Part shown: in pieces, positions 10,269 through 20,809 of the stretch
Layout: each line of letters begins with the position of its first letter
Numbering within the stretch: position 1 is the stretch's first letter
IMG/VR virus record: IMGVR_UViG_3300025141_000020
Location: 124,001 to 188,000 of that record
DNA length: 64,000 bases
Strand: one strand, 5' to 3'
Position numbers and translations under genes: made by a program
Notes under the pieces: generated by a model
Database searches by the model: none
What the model saw: only the letters and a program-made list of their open reading frames with translations
Told to the model about the DNA's origin: nothing

Positions 10269-10847
10269 ATGGTAATTAGTGTAAGTATAAATGGTGTGTT
10301 AAGAGATGTTCTATCTAGATTTGAGGATGTGTATAACAAATACTTTGAGGATGGTGTAAAATCTGAAGTGGTAACCTCTGATTTACTTAAGTACACCCAT
10401 TTTGAAACACCTGAAGAGTTATTTGAGTTTATGTATGAAGAATCTCCTATGGAGATATTTGGACAGGCTAAGGAGACCCATATCAACGTAATGACACACC
10501 TAACAGATTTATATAAAGAAATGCCTAAAGGATATAAATTGCGTGTTGTTGGCGATGATTTAGGTAGAGCTAAATCATCAACCTTGTGGTTTTTAGCTAA
10601 ATATGGTTGTTCGTGTGATGAAATATCATTTTACAACACTTCTACTATAAATGAAATATGGGAAAAAACAGATTTATTTATAACATCTGATTTAGATATT
10701 ATAAAATCTAAACCCGAAGATAAAACATTAATAATCGTAGATAAAGTTTACAATTCCGATTTGGTTTGTAATTTACGTATAAACACAATTAAAGACATTG
10801 AGTCGTTTGAAAACATACATGAAAAACTTGAGTGCGTTAAATCTTAG
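10269..10847 (+). CDS. HAD-like (5'(3')-deoxyribonucleotidase-type) protein with degenerate motif I
   Basis: VISVSINGVLRD aligns with the xIxIDxDGVL motif I, but both Asp are replaced; WFLAKYG segment. Confidence 0.5.
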   Translation: MVISVSINGVLRDVLSRFEDVYNKYFEDGVKSEVVTSDLLKYTHFETPEELFEFMYEESPMEIFGQAKETHINVMTHLTDLYKEMPKGYKLRVVGDDLGRAKSSTLWFLAKYGCSCDEISFYNTSTINEIWEKTDLFITSDLDIIKSKPEDKTLIIVDKVYNSDLVCNLRINTIKDIESFENIHEKLECVKS

Positions 10848-11133
10848 AATAGGTAATGAAGTATTATATTATGATGTTGATGAGTTTATGAACCAAGTAA
10901 CATATAAACCTATTACAACTGATGAAAAAACTGTTGTCGTTGATTCGGATATTAAAAATACCGACATAATGTTACCTAAGTTTGAGTTTTTTAAACTTAT
11001 GATTGATACGACATGTAATGTAATAGAAGATGTTGACCCTACTTTAGGTTCTTTATCTTTAGAAAAAATGTCGGTGTCTTATAAATTAGCCCTAAATACC
11101 TTAATAAAGTATAAAATAATTAAAAAAAAATAA
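10819..11133 (+). CDS. Hypothetical protein
   Basis: Open frame packed between neighbours; start uncertain (ATG 10819 chosen over TTG 10798). Confidence 0.55.
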   Translation: MKNLSALNLRIGNEVLYYDVDEFMNQVTYKPITTDEKTVVVDSDIKNTDIMLPKFEFFKLMIDTTCNVIEDVDPTLGSLSLEKMSVSYKLALNTLIKYKIIKKK

Positions 11134-11139
11134 TAAATA

Positions 11140-12198
11140 ATGGAACAATTAGAACAATTAGAAAATGCCTTGTCTAAACTAAAAAACAAAGAGTCAAAAC
11201 TTTATTTTTTAACCCAGGACACCGTTGGTAATGCTGCTGCGTCAGTAAACACCAATTACCAATACGTAAAACATCTTAACGAGGCGGGGTATAAAGCGTA
11301 TATACTACACGAAAAAACTGAGTATAAAGGTGTTAGTTCTTGGTTAGATGAAGAGTACTCGAATCTACCTCACGCTAATATTGAAGGTGGTGAGTTAAAG
11401 GTGGGTCCACAGGATTTTGTGATAATCCCTGAGCTGTTTGGTCATGTTTTAGAACAGTTAAAAGATATGCCTTGCACTAAAATTATGTTATCACAATGTT
11501 ATGATTACATATTAGAAACTCTACAGCCCGGTTTTGGTTGGCCTAATTATAATGTACATAAATGTTTAACTACAACAGAAGAACAAGCTGCCCACATAAA
11601 AAAATTCTTTCCTTCAGTAGAAACTACGGTTATAACACCAACAATTCCAGAATATTTTAAAGATTCAGAAAAACCTAAAAAACCTATAATCGGTGTTCAT
11701 ACTAGAGACCAAAGAGAAACTATGAAACTTATAAAAGGTTTTTATCTACAGAACCCACAATTTAAATGGGTCACATTTAAAGACCTTAGAGGTTTATCTA
11801 GAAAAGATTTTGCTAAGAGTTTAGGTGAGTGTTGTGCTTCTGTGTGGGTTGACAGAATTAGTAGTTACGGTACTTTTCCTTTGGAATCTATGAAGTGTAA
11901 AACTCCGGTGATTGGGGTGTTACCTATAATGAAACCTTCATGGTTAACAAATGAGAATGGTGTTTGGGCTTTTGATGAATCTAAACTTATCGAGGTCTTG
12001 GGTAATTATATGAAGAACTGGTTGGAGGATTCTTTACCTGATTCTTTATATGAAAAGATGGCGGAGACCGTGAAAGCCTTGCCTAAAGACTCTGAACGCG
12101 AGGGCATTATTTCTTATTTTGATAAGTTAGTGTCTGATAAAATATCGGAAATGGATATTTCTATAAATAAACTTAAACCTGTAGAGGAAACTATTTAA
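11140..12198 (+). CDS. GT-B fold (GT4-like) glycosyltransferase
   Basis: DFVIIPELFG and SSYGTFPLESMKCKTPVIG, matching the E-x-F-G-x-x-x-x-E-A-M-x-x-G-x-P-V-I family motif. Confidence 0.65.
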   Translation: MEQLEQLENALSKLKNKESKLYFLTQDTVGNAAASVNTNYQYVKHLNEAGYKAYILHEKTEYKGVSSWLDEEYSNLPHANIEGGELKVGPQDFVIIPELFGHVLEQLKDMPCTKIMLSQCYDYILETLQPGFGWPNYNVHKCLTTTEEQAAHIKKFFPSVETTVITPTIPEYFKDSEKPKKPIIGVHTRDQRETMKLIKGFYLQNPQFKWVTFKDLRGLSRKDFAKSLGECCASVWVDRISSYGTFPLESMKCKTPVIGVLPIMKPSWLTNENGVWAFDESKLIEVLGNYMKNWLEDSLPDSLYEKMAETVKALPKDSEREGIISYFDKLVSDKISEMDISINKLKPVEETI

Positions 12199-12202
12199 TA
12201 TT

Positions 12203-13000
12203 ATGAAAAATGAAAATGTTAGTGTAATTTTACCGGTACACGATGTATCTGGTGATTTTGATGTGTGGTTTAAAAAAGCCATAAGAAGTGTTGAACAATC
12301 AGTGGTTAAGCCTAGTAAGTTACTGATTATCTGTGCTGATAATAAAGAGATTAAACAATACATGGATTCTTGGGAAAAACCTACCGATTTAGGGTTATCC
12401 ATACTATATAATGATGATAAGACTGATTATTGTGGTCAAGTAAACTATGGTGTTGATAAATGTGAGACAGAGTATTTTTCTATTTTAGAGTTTGATGATG
12501 AGTATTCCAATATCTGGTTTAAGAATTTTGATGAGTACTTAAAACATTATCCCGATGTGGATATGTTCTTGCCTTTGGTTGTTGATACTGATGAGCAAGG
12601 TCAGTTTCTAGGTTTCACAAATGAAGCTTTATGGGCTATGGGATTCTCAGAGGAACAAGGTTACTTAGATAATAATACCTTATTAAAATTTCAGAATTTC
12701 CAAGTAAGTGGTTTTATCATGAAAAAAGAAAAGTTTGAGGAAATAGGTGGGATGAAACCTTCTATTAAATTAACCTTTAATTATGAGTTTTTATTAAGAG
12801 CAACCTATAATGATACTACCATTATGACCATACCTAAAGTAGGGTATAAACATACTAACCAAAGAACTAACTCTTTATTCTGGGATTATAAGTATTCAAA
12901 TGAAATCTTGTTAAGTCCTGATGAAGCTAAGTTTTGGGTTGATACAGCAAAAAAAGAATATTTCTTTACCACTGACAGGGAAGTATCTTTTAATTCATAA
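12203..13000 (+). CDS. GT2-family glycosyltransferase
   Basis: VSVILPVH start, NYGVDKCETEYFSILEFDDEY, YEFLLRA. Confidence 0.75.
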   Translation: MKNENVSVILPVHDVSGDFDVWFKKAIRSVEQSVVKPSKLLIICADNKEIKQYMDSWEKPTDLGLSILYNDDKTDYCGQVNYGVDKCETEYFSILEFDDEYSNIWFKNFDEYLKHYPDVDMFLPLVVDTDEQGQFLGFTNEALWAMGFSEEQGYLDNNTLLKFQNFQVSGFIMKKEKFEEIGGMKPSIKLTFNYEFLLRATYNDTTIMTIPKVGYKHTNQRTNSLFWDYKYSNEILLSPDEAKFWVDTAKKEYFFTTDREVSFNS

Positions 13001-13006
13001 ATTAAA

Positions 13007-13708
13007 ATGGGTAGGAAACCTTTAACTAAGCAGTATTTTGGTCCACCTCAAGAAGAAGCGGTAAGAATATTTCTTACTGCGAGTACCTGGGATGAAAAAA
13101 ACTTAGTATATAATGACTACCTTAGGGACCCATTAATTAAGATGATTGAAAGTATAATAAGAAGGTATAAGCTATATAGACCAAATATGGATTTTACTGA
13201 TATACACACTGACACCCTATCTTTTCTAGTTACTAAAATGGAAAAGTTTAAACCCGCTAAAGGAAAAAAAGCTTATTCGTATTTTGGTACTATCTGTAAG
13301 AATTATCTAATGGGTCAAATAATGAAAGACAATAGGGATAGAAATAGAAAAATTTCTTATGAAGATATATCCTATAGCTTAGAACAAAACGAAAAGTATT
13401 CCTACACTATTCTTGATAATGATATTGAGGCTGAGACTGTGATGTCTTCTTTAGTGGAAGAACTTAAACAATTTACTGTTGATAATAGGTTAAATGTTAA
13501 TGAAGAAAAAATCGGGTATTGTTTAATCGACGTTTTTGAAAACTACGAATCCATATTTATTGCCGGGAAAGGAAACAAGTTTAACAAGAATATAATACTT
13601 TACCAATTAAGAGAGATGAGTGGATTAACTACAAAAGAAATTCGTTCCGCTCTTAAACCATTTAAATCCTTATACAAAGAGCTTGTAGAGAAATTGGTAA
13701 ATAGATAA
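13007..13708 (+). CDS. Phage late sigma factor, T4 gp55-like
   Basis: Sigma region-2-like KFKPAKGKKAYSYFGTICKNYL, comparable to gp55 AFAYFTQI; directly upstream of the structural genes. Confidence 0.65.
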   Translation: MGRKPLTKQYFGPPQEEAVRIFLTASTWDEKNLVYNDYLRDPLIKMIESIIRRYKLYRPNMDFTDIHTDTLSFLVTKMEKFKPAKGKKAYSYFGTICKNYLMGQIMKDNRDRNRKISYEDISYSLEQNEKYSYTILDNDIEAETVMSSLVEELKQFTVDNRLNVNEEKIGYCLIDVFENYESIFIAGKGNKFNKNIILYQLREMSGLTTKEIRSALKPFKSLYKELVEKLVNR

Positions 13709-13714
13709 TACAGA

Positions 13715-13721
13715 TATTTAT
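13715..13721 (+). promoter_or_regulatory. Putative late-promoter motif TATTTAT(A) on the sense strand (one of about 17 copies)
   Basis: Sense-strand copies upstream of starts. Plus: 13715, 18261, 43041, 63014. Minus (seen as (T)ATAAATA on +): 21855, 26816, 27584, 28881, 30752, 32498, 37339, 38101, 47304, 52128, 52925, 55781, 57993, 62602. Confidence 0.7.
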
Positions 13722-13725
13722 TAGT

Positions 13726-14109
13726 ATGCCAAGACCTAAAAGAAAACAAATAAATTTAACTAACGAAAGTGCTTTAAGTTTAATGCAGGAAATTTATAAT
13801 GAATGTGTTGAACAACGTACTACCGCTATCCGTATCCAAAATAAAATGATTGGGTTTATGAAAGAAGCTGCTGATATGGCTTTGATTGGTCCTGTATTGA
13901 AGGAACAACAAAAAATTATCGACTCCGCTATAGACAAAAAATTACAATTATCTAAACTAATGGCTACTATTATGAGTAAAAATAATGAAGGTAAGATTGC
14001 TGGTTCTGTCCTTGACGGTGATGTTAGAGAAACTTTAACGGAGTTACTTAGTGATATTAGTAAAGACACTAAAGATGATGGTGATAATAGTTTAGAATAT
14101 AAGATGTAA
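13726..14109 (+). CDS. Hypothetical protein (late motif upstream)
   Basis: Full ORF; TATTTAT ends 4 nt before the ATG. Confidence 0.7.
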   Translation: MPRPKRKQINLTNESALSLMQEIYNECVEQRTTAIRIQNKMIGFMKEAADMALIGPVLKEQQKIIDSAIDKKLQLSKLMATIMSKNNEGKIAGSVLDGDVRETLTELLSDISKDTKDDGDNSLEYKM

Positions 14110-16265
14110 TGCCAGATACTCAAAACACCCAAAAAGACATATTTTCAAAAGTAGAAGGTTTAATAGCTTTTTTAGATACTACTGATGAGAAAAAAGTTCG
14201 TGAAAATACTAAAGAATGGCAAGATACCCTGGAGGCTTTAAGGGATATAACAAATAATCCTCTCCCTTTTTTGTTGGGTTTGTTAAAAGAATTACAAGAG
14301 AGTAAGTTTGGTCAGAATGTTACCGCTAAAATTAAAGGTTTTAAAGCGGCAAAACGTAAAAAAAGAAAAGGTAAGGAGGGTGATGCAGATTTTAAAGAAA
14401 CTAAAAAATCTTTTAAAGAAAAACATTTAAAAGATAATTACGCTAATGTATGGTTAACTACACTCAATAGGTTAATTAAGAATGCGGTATTAACTGTACT
14501 GCCAAGAGTTAAAGACATTCTGGTCGAAGAAATAATAAAAGCTTTCAATTGTGATTTAACAACTTTAGTTCCTGTTGTGGGTGATGGGTTGTCTGGACCT
14601 CTTGTTATTGAGGTTGCGGAAATAGACTTACTTAAACAATTGTTTAATGACCCTTTACCAACCGCTGTACCTCCTAATCCTGCAGCTAAATACATGTATG
14701 AACAAAACCCACTTAATGGTGGTGCATACCCAGTTGGTACTAGCCCTTATCCAGTTAATCGTTTTTTACGGGACTTAATATATAATAACGCTACTCTTAT
14801 AGGTAACGGAGTTCCTGCAGCACCAAATACTATTAGAACAATATACGGTAAGAGTGGTAAAGCTTTATTTGATGTTGAGGTTCTTGCTGTGTTAGGTAAT
14901 CCGACAATCCTAAAGATATACCCTTATTATAAAACTGAAACGGGTAATACCCAATTTGCTAATGCTCCAGGGTGTAACGGTACTCCCCCTGCTGTTCCAG
15001 GTCAAGGAAGTAAATTTACTTTTATAGACTTCTTACACGACTATTTCAACAATATAGTGTTAATAGAATTACAAAATTTAGCGGGTGCTTTGTTGGAGAT
15101 ATTAACTGGTTTTATGAGTACCACAAATAAGGCTTTCAGCATTCAAGATTCAAAACACCTACAATGGTTTGTTGGTTTTGTTGAAAATGTTCTAAAGGCT
15201 TGTGATGGAGATGATTTAATAGGTCCTAATAGTGAGTCTATTGGTCACCACGCAGAATTAACAGATGAGGACAATTATTTTAACTTTACAGTAGAAGAAG
15301 AGCGTGCTATGATGTTAGAGGTAAGTCGTAAACAAAATAATGTATTAACCTTACAAAGTTGTGGTTCTTTGGATATCCCTATAGATAATAGTATGGTGGA
15401 TAAGGCTGTAGATGACATGCTAGCTACACAAGTAATGGAAGAGAAATTGCAAATATTTGATTTGCTACTTCAAAAACTGGCTAGGTCCTCAGCAAAAAAA
15501 GCTGGATATGATTTAGGATTAGGCACTATTACTTTACCTGTAGAAATTGATTTTAAAGAAAATATAATAAAAAAATTACCTCAGATATTGGTTTATTGTA
15601 TTATGAACCCTAAAGCCGTCCTTCCTTTAGTTATAACCGGTAAGATATTAAATCAAAATGGTCAATTATGTAGTTCTATAGACTTATTTGCAAAAGTATT
15701 TAGACGAGTTATTATTCGTGTTATCAAAGAAATACTTCAAGAAGTAACAAAAGAAATTATGAAAATGGTTAAACAGTATTTGTTACAAAAAATACGAGAG
15801 TTGATTAGAAGGAAATTAAGTGAACAAGCAAAGAAAAAAATACGAATGATTCGTAGATTATTAGATTTATTATTACCATTAATAAGTGCTTTAAATAACG
15901 CAAAAAACTGTCAAGAAATATATAACATATTATTAGGTTTACTAATGGCTAATATGCCTGACATACCCTTTAAAGTGCCAGCATTTTTAGTTTCTGCTGC
16001 AGAACTGAGAGCTGGAACCACTGCTTTAGGTACGTTTGAGAGATTTTTGACCAAGTGTCAACAAGATGGTATTCCTATAGGGGATTTACCTGATGGTAGT
16101 TCTAATATGATATTACCTGCATTTCGTAAAGCTTTTGAGGCTAAGGAAGAGGAGGATAGTGACCATAAAAAACTATTAGGTGTTATACCCCAAGGTCAAG
16201 TTATTACAGCTTTTGGTCCTGCGTCAATTGTGCCATTTACAAAGGTAACTGGTACGTCAGCTTAA
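14109..16265 (+). CDS. Large hypothetical protein, probably tail/baseplate-associated
   Basis: 718-aa ORF translationally coupled to the upstream gene (TAATG) and two genes before the gp5-like gene; no recognised motif. Confidence 0.45.
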   Translation: MPDTQNTQKDIFSKVEGLIAFLDTTDEKKVRENTKEWQDTLEALRDITNNPLPFLLGLLKELQESKFGQNVTAKIKGFKAAKRKKRKGKEGDADFKETKKSFKEKHLKDNYANVWLTTLNRLIKNAVLTVLPRVKDILVEEIIKAFNCDLTTLVPVVGDGLSGPLVIEVAEIDLLKQLFNDPLPTAVPPNPAAKYMYEQNPLNGGAYPVGTSPYPVNRFLRDLIYNNATLIGNGVPAAPNTIRTIYGKSGKALFDVEVLAVLGNPTILKIYPYYKTETGNTQFANAPGCNGTPPAVPGQGSKFTFIDFLHDYFNNIVLIELQNLAGALLEILTGFMSTTNKAFSIQDSKHLQWFVGFVENVLKACDGDDLIGPNSESIGHHAELTDEDNYFNFTVEEERAMMLEVSRKQNNVLTLQSCGSLDIPIDNSMVDKAVDDMLATQVMEEKLQIFDLLLQKLARSSAKKAGYDLGLGTITLPVEIDFKENIIKKLPQILVYCIMNPKAVLPLVITGKILNQNGQLCSSIDLFAKVFRRVIIRVIKEILQEVTKEIMKMVKQYLLQKIRELIRRKLSEQAKKKIRMIRRLLDLLLPLISALNNAKNCQEIYNILLGLLMANMPDIPFKVPAFLVSAAELRAGTTALGTFERFLTKCQQDGIPIGDLPDGSSNMILPAFRKAFEAKEEEDSDHKKLLGVIPQGQVITAFGPASIVPFTKVTGTSA

Positions 16266-16277
16266 AAAAAATAAATT

Positions 16278-16460
16278 ATGGAGTTTTTTAAAATATATAA
16301 GGAAAAATCAAATAAGGAGTTATCTGATATGTTGACTAACTTAAAGACTGAGTTTGATAAGACTAAGTCTTTATTAATTGGTTTGACACACCATTTAGAT
16401 GATATAGAAAAGAAATTTAAACTTATCGAGTCTGAATTAAAAAAACGTAAAGTTAATTAA
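16278..16460 (+). CDS. Small coiled-coil hypothetical protein
   Basis: 60-aa ORF filling the gap in the operon. Confidence 0.6.
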   Translation: MEFFKIYKEKSNKELSDMLTNLKTEFDKTKSLLIGLTHHLDDIEKKFKLIESELKKRKVN

Positions 16461-16462
16461 CT

Positions 16463-18259
16463 ATGAAGTACTATTTCCAAAAATCTGATGATAGTATGTT
16501 CTCTAAAGACCAAAATAGAGGGGCTTATGATGTTAGTTATAAGTCATTTACTTTTGTTGTTTGTGTTGATAATGCTGACCCATTGCGATTAGGTAGAATT
16601 CGTGGTGTATCACCTTTCGGTGGTGGGACTACTGGAAGTAGAAAAAACGACCCTACTGTTGCAGATGCGTCTAGAGATGAAAATGGAAATAAAGTAAAGC
16701 CATGGGATAAAGACGACCCTTATTTGTTTAATTCCCTATTACCTTATAATTTAAACGTTATACCAATGGTGAAAGAGTTATTTACAGCATTTTCTCAACA
16801 GTCACCCAAAAGTAGTCTAAATAAATTCTATATTGGGCCTGTAATATCCCACCCATCTAATGTTAAAATGGATAAATGGACTAACGCTTTAAGTATTACA
16901 GCATCTCAAAAACAAAATAGTCGTTTGGGTGAACCGTATTTAAAAGGTACTCCTAGTGCATCAGGTGAGACCTCGTTGGTTCCAATAATTAGTAAAAAAG
17001 GGGTTTTTCCTAATCCTGAGGATATAGCTATTGTTGGTAGGTATAACACAGATATTGTTTTAGGTATGCGAGAATACTCCTTGCCTGACGATAATGAAGG
17101 AAGCGAAGTACAGAACTGGTACCCTCAAATCCTTATTCGTTCAGGTAAATTTAAAAAGGTTAAGGGTAGTGAAGTTCCTGATACTAACCCTAAATCTACC
17201 TTTATACAATTAAATACATTTCCTACTACAATGGAACGAGTTGAAGTTGATGAACCGGAAATTAGTAGCAACGACGATAATCTTAGAACTATGATTGTTT
17301 ACCATCTAGATTCGTCTAATTTAGTGGATGGGGCTGGTTTAGAATGGGACAACCTAACTGGTTGGGTTGCGGCGTATAGTATGATTAGTAGTGTGAGTGG
17401 TACTACCGTTGGTTATGACCCAGGTTCTGTTAAATCTTATATGGCTGGAGATTACGATTTAAGTCAAGATGTTCCGGGGATAACAACATCTCCAACACCA
17501 CCTAATCCAGATAATTATTGGGTTAAGTATTCTTTTAGTGGGTTTAATAAAAAGAAGGTTGCAAGCCAAATAGAAAAATTTATTTCTTATATCGATGAGG
17601 GTGAATGGGATAAATTAACAAAGATGTTAGATAGTAATGCTGCCCCACCAGAAAAAATTAAAACTTTACCAAAAATATTTCCCATGTATTTTAGGCCTGA
17701 TAGAGCTACTCTAGATATAATGGATAAAAACGATAGTGCTGTACCAACCCCATTTTTTCAAGCTAAAAAAGATGTTGCTAATTTTATAAAATCTAATATT
17801 GAGTTGGATGGTGTTACTACTGAAGGGTATGGGTTAGCTTTGACCGAAAATTCTGGGAAACGAGATGTTGAGGTTAATTCTACCACTAGGAAAGTTTTTA
17901 AAGTAAATTCTGGTCTACGTGGCCAACAAGGTATTGTTTCCGTTGGGTCTGAAAAAATCTACCTGTTGTCACATTCAATAGATTATCTGGGTAACCTTAA
18001 TCTTAAAGATAATCATTATGGTGTAACTCAAGAAACTTATATAACTGATATTGACCCAAAAACAAATTCTATTGTACGTGGTGAAGAATTAATAAAATTA
18101 TTAGAAAAGATTGTAGATTTTATGCAAAATCATTGTCATGCCTTCCCTGGTTTAGCTCCAGTTCCTCAAGCCCATGGAGGAACTAGAATTGAGGATGTAA
18201 GTAGATTGTTGTTAGATGCCCCTAAAACAATCCTAAATAAAAATATTAGGATTAACTAG
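16463..18259 (+). CDS. Baseplate hub/spike protein, gp5-like (no lysozyme domain seen)
   Basis: N-terminal VDNADPLRLGRIR resembles the gp5/VgrG OB-fold motif D-P-x-x-x-G-R-V; C-terminal HCH resembles the spike-tip HxH metal motif. Confidence 0.6.
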   Translation: MKYYFQKSDDSMFSKDQNRGAYDVSYKSFTFVVCVDNADPLRLGRIRGVSPFGGGTTGSRKNDPTVADASRDENGNKVKPWDKDDPYLFNSLLPYNLNVIPMVKELFTAFSQQSPKSSLNKFYIGPVISHPSNVKMDKWTNALSITASQKQNSRLGEPYLKGTPSASGETSLVPIISKKGVFPNPEDIAIVGRYNTDIVLGMREYSLPDDNEGSEVQNWYPQILIRSGKFKKVKGSEVPDTNPKSTFIQLNTFPTTMERVEVDEPEISSNDDNLRTMIVYHLDSSNLVDGAGLEWDNLTGWVAAYSMISSVSGTTVGYDPGSVKSYMAGDYDLSQDVPGITTSPTPPNPDNYWVKYSFSGFNKKKVASQIEKFISYIDEGEWDKLTKMLDSNAAPPEKIKTLPKIFPMYFRPDRATLDIMDKNDSAVPTPFFQAKKDVANFIKSNIELDGVTTEGYGLALTENSGKRDVEVNSTTRKVFKVNSGLRGQQGIVSVGSEKIYLLSHSIDYLGNLNLKDNHYGVTQETYITDIDPKTNSIVRGEELIKLLEKIVDFMQNHCHAFPGLAPVPQAHGGTRIEDVSRLLLDAPKTILNKNIRIN

Positions 18260-18283
18260 ATATTTATATATAAACATAATTTA

Positions 18284-20308
18284 ATGTCTATACACAGGTC
18301 ATATTTCAGTAAAAATAATACAATAATATCTAATAGTGCTACTAACACTGGTAGAAATCCCGTAACTCAATTATTTTATGGTAGAAATAGTTCACGATGC
18401 AAATTTACTGGATATAGTGGTGATACTTGTAATGATAAAACTGGATTCACTAAAACAGCTATTCATGGTTATAGTAGATTTATTTTTGATTTGGATTTAT
18501 CTGACTTAAGAACTAAATATACCAATTGTTGTATGCCTTTAACTTCTTGTACATATACTGGTGTATATGATGAGGCGGCGACCTTTAATTTTACATTTAC
18601 ATCTACAGGAGATACCATTAATTATATGAGTTTAGTTGACTCTGTTGGTTTAACTGTTAGTTATGTTAACATTTCTGCTAACACCGCCACTACTATTAAT
18701 GGTTCACACATTACTGATGGTGGTGGTAACCTATATACACAATTTATATATAATATAGGTACTACGTTATCAAATCAAGCTACAAATTTTTGTTTAGCTG
18801 TTAATGGTGTTAGTGGACATAATGGTAGTATTTTATGTACGTCTGATGGTGCTAATGTTACTTTAACACAAGCAGGTTTAGGTGCTTCAGGAAATACTCC
18901 TGTGTATCCTGGAAATCTTAGTAATTTAAGTGTTAATACTGGTAATTTTCAACTTATCTCAGATATAGTATTTAGTGCGACAACAAATCCTTGTTCTAAC
19001 GAATTTTGTGGTGGAGGGATAGGTACGGGCTTTGATACTTGTGATGGACAACCCTATTATTCAATAACTTACAACCCAGACGTTAAACACACTTTACGTA
19101 TGACAAATACGTCTAGTTTTGATGACCAATTGATAAATGGTAAGATTTTAGTTAATGATACTAGAAGAGCTACATCATTTACTCTGATGTTATATAAAGT
19201 GCCTACTTCAAAAACTTCATTATGGGATGAAGGTGTTGGGTATGACTATGAAGTACCTGCTGTTTCTCTTGAACCTGAGTATAACCTCACACAATCTAAT
19301 AGACCTAGTAATTGGATTAATAGTACAACTCTTTCGACTTGGCCTAACCCAGGAACTTATAATAACTTACTTCCCTCTTCTTACACTGTTTTAGCCACCC
19401 AAAGTTTTGATGCTGGTAATGAAGACATAGCTTTTAGTAGTATAGCTTTAAATAATGAAATTGGTAGTCAGTTAGCATCACCACAAACTGGTGTTACCTA
19501 TGGTATAGCTTTTTTACCACAATTTGAATTATTATCTGGTTTAACAGAAGCTTATTCTGTTGGTTTCTTTTCTAGGCACACCCAAACATATTTTGAGCCT
19601 TTCTTGGAAACTTCTTTTAATGATTATATAAATGATAGTAGGAACCACTTTGAGGTTGGGTGTGAAAATAGGTTATTTTTATACGCTTATGACTGCAATG
19701 GTGACCCTATGTGTTTCACACAGGACCCTGTGGTTTATATTAGAGATTGTAATGATATTGTAACTTCTACTATAACCGCTTCTACATTAACGTGTGGTGC
19801 TTACTACGTAGATTATACGATATTACCACCGTTACCACAGACGCCGCCTGTTCAATACACAGACGAATGGTCTAACCTTTTTGTGGGAGGCATATCACAA
19901 CCAAATATAACTAACGAGTTTATAATTCACACTAACGGTTATACTATAGGCACTACTGTTGTGAAACCAAAGATATTTGGTTATTCTGTTTCTGGTATTA
20001 AGAACGATGAAAAGATTAAAGCTGGTGATACTAGAAAAATATTTGTCTCTACTAGGGTTCCTTATACGGTAAATCAAGAAGTGTTAGTGGATAATATACA
20101 ATATAGGATATATGTTAAACAGGGTACTACTGAGGTGAGTGTTATTCCTTGGTCTAAAATAAACAAAACTTTTACTGATAATTACTTCTTATTAGATACT
20201 TCCTGGATGATACCTAACGAATATTACCTAGATATAAAAGCAACTTCTAATCAACAAGTAGATACTTATAGTAAAGTGATAAAATTTCAAATAACTAACC
20301 AATTATGA
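18284..20308 (+). CDS. Putative virion structural protein (Thr/Ser/Gly/Cys-rich, beta-rich)
   Basis: Late motif at 18261; composition typical of baseplate/appendage proteins; 15 Cys. Confidence 0.55.
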   Translation: MSIHRSYFSKNNTIISNSATNTGRNPVTQLFYGRNSSRCKFTGYSGDTCNDKTGFTKTAIHGYSRFIFDLDLSDLRTKYTNCCMPLTSCTYTGVYDEAATFNFTFTSTGDTINYMSLVDSVGLTVSYVNISANTATTINGSHITDGGGNLYTQFIYNIGTTLSNQATNFCLAVNGVSGHNGSILCTSDGANVTLTQAGLGASGNTPVYPGNLSNLSVNTGNFQLISDIVFSATTNPCSNEFCGGGIGTGFDTCDGQPYYSITYNPDVKHTLRMTNTSSFDDQLINGKILVNDTRRATSFTLMLYKVPTSKTSLWDEGVGYDYEVPAVSLEPEYNLTQSNRPSNWINSTTLSTWPNPGTYNNLLPSSYTVLATQSFDAGNEDIAFSSIALNNEIGSQLASPQTGVTYGIAFLPQFELLSGLTEAYSVGFFSRHTQTYFEPFLETSFNDYINDSRNHFEVGCENRLFLYAYDCNGDPMCFTQDPVVYIRDCNDIVTSTITASTLTCGAYYVDYTILPPLPQTPPVQYTDEWSNLFVGGISQPNITNEFIIHTNGYTIGTTVVKPKIFGYSVSGIKNDEKIKAGDTRKIFVSTRVPYTVNQEVLVDNIQYRIYVKQGTTEVSVIPWSKINKTFTDNYFLLDTSWMIPNEYYLDIKATSNQQVDTYSKVIKFQITNQL

Positions 20309-20766
20309 AAAATATAAAAATAACTGAAAATGAATTAATCTCTCTTATAGAGAAAGTGGTTAATGAAAATCTAGGCTCAACACCATCATTAAGTGCTCAT
20401 GGAGGTGGTTTTGCAAATTTAGGAATGGCAAAACCAACTGATAAGTATAAAGACCTATATGAAGATGATGATATAGAAACTGAAGTAGATGAAGACTACG
20501 ACCAAGACCCTGAAGCTGAAAAATCAGCTGATATTACAGTAACAACACAACCTGGTTCAGATGATGAGGATGCGTGGATGGAAAGTATTGTTGATAGATT
20601 AAAAAGTAAACTAACCGAGGGTAAATGTCCTAAAAGTGGGTGTGTAACTAAACGTGGTAATAAATGGAGAGTCATTAGTAATAAAACTGGAAAACTGTGG
20701 GATGCTGAATATGATAGTAAAGCTGATGCGGAGTCGGGTTTAGAGGCTTATCACGCAAATCAATAA
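20305..20766 (+). CDS. Acidic putative capsid-internal protein with a small basic C-terminal module
   Basis: Leader MKNIKITENELISLIEKVVNE; acidic linker; LTE followed by GKCPKSGCVTKRGNKWRVISNKTGK... Confidence 0.55.
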   Translation: MKNIKITENELISLIEKVVNENLGSTPSLSAHGGGFANLGMAKPTDKYKDLYEDDDIETEVDEDYDQDPEAEKSADITVTTQPGSDDEDAWMESIVDRLKSKLTEGKCPKSGCVTKRGNKWRVISNKTGKLWDAEYDSKADAESGLEAYHANQ

Positions 20767-20809
20767 TAGAAAATATATATAATAAATAAAACCTAAAAAA
20801 TTAAAAATT

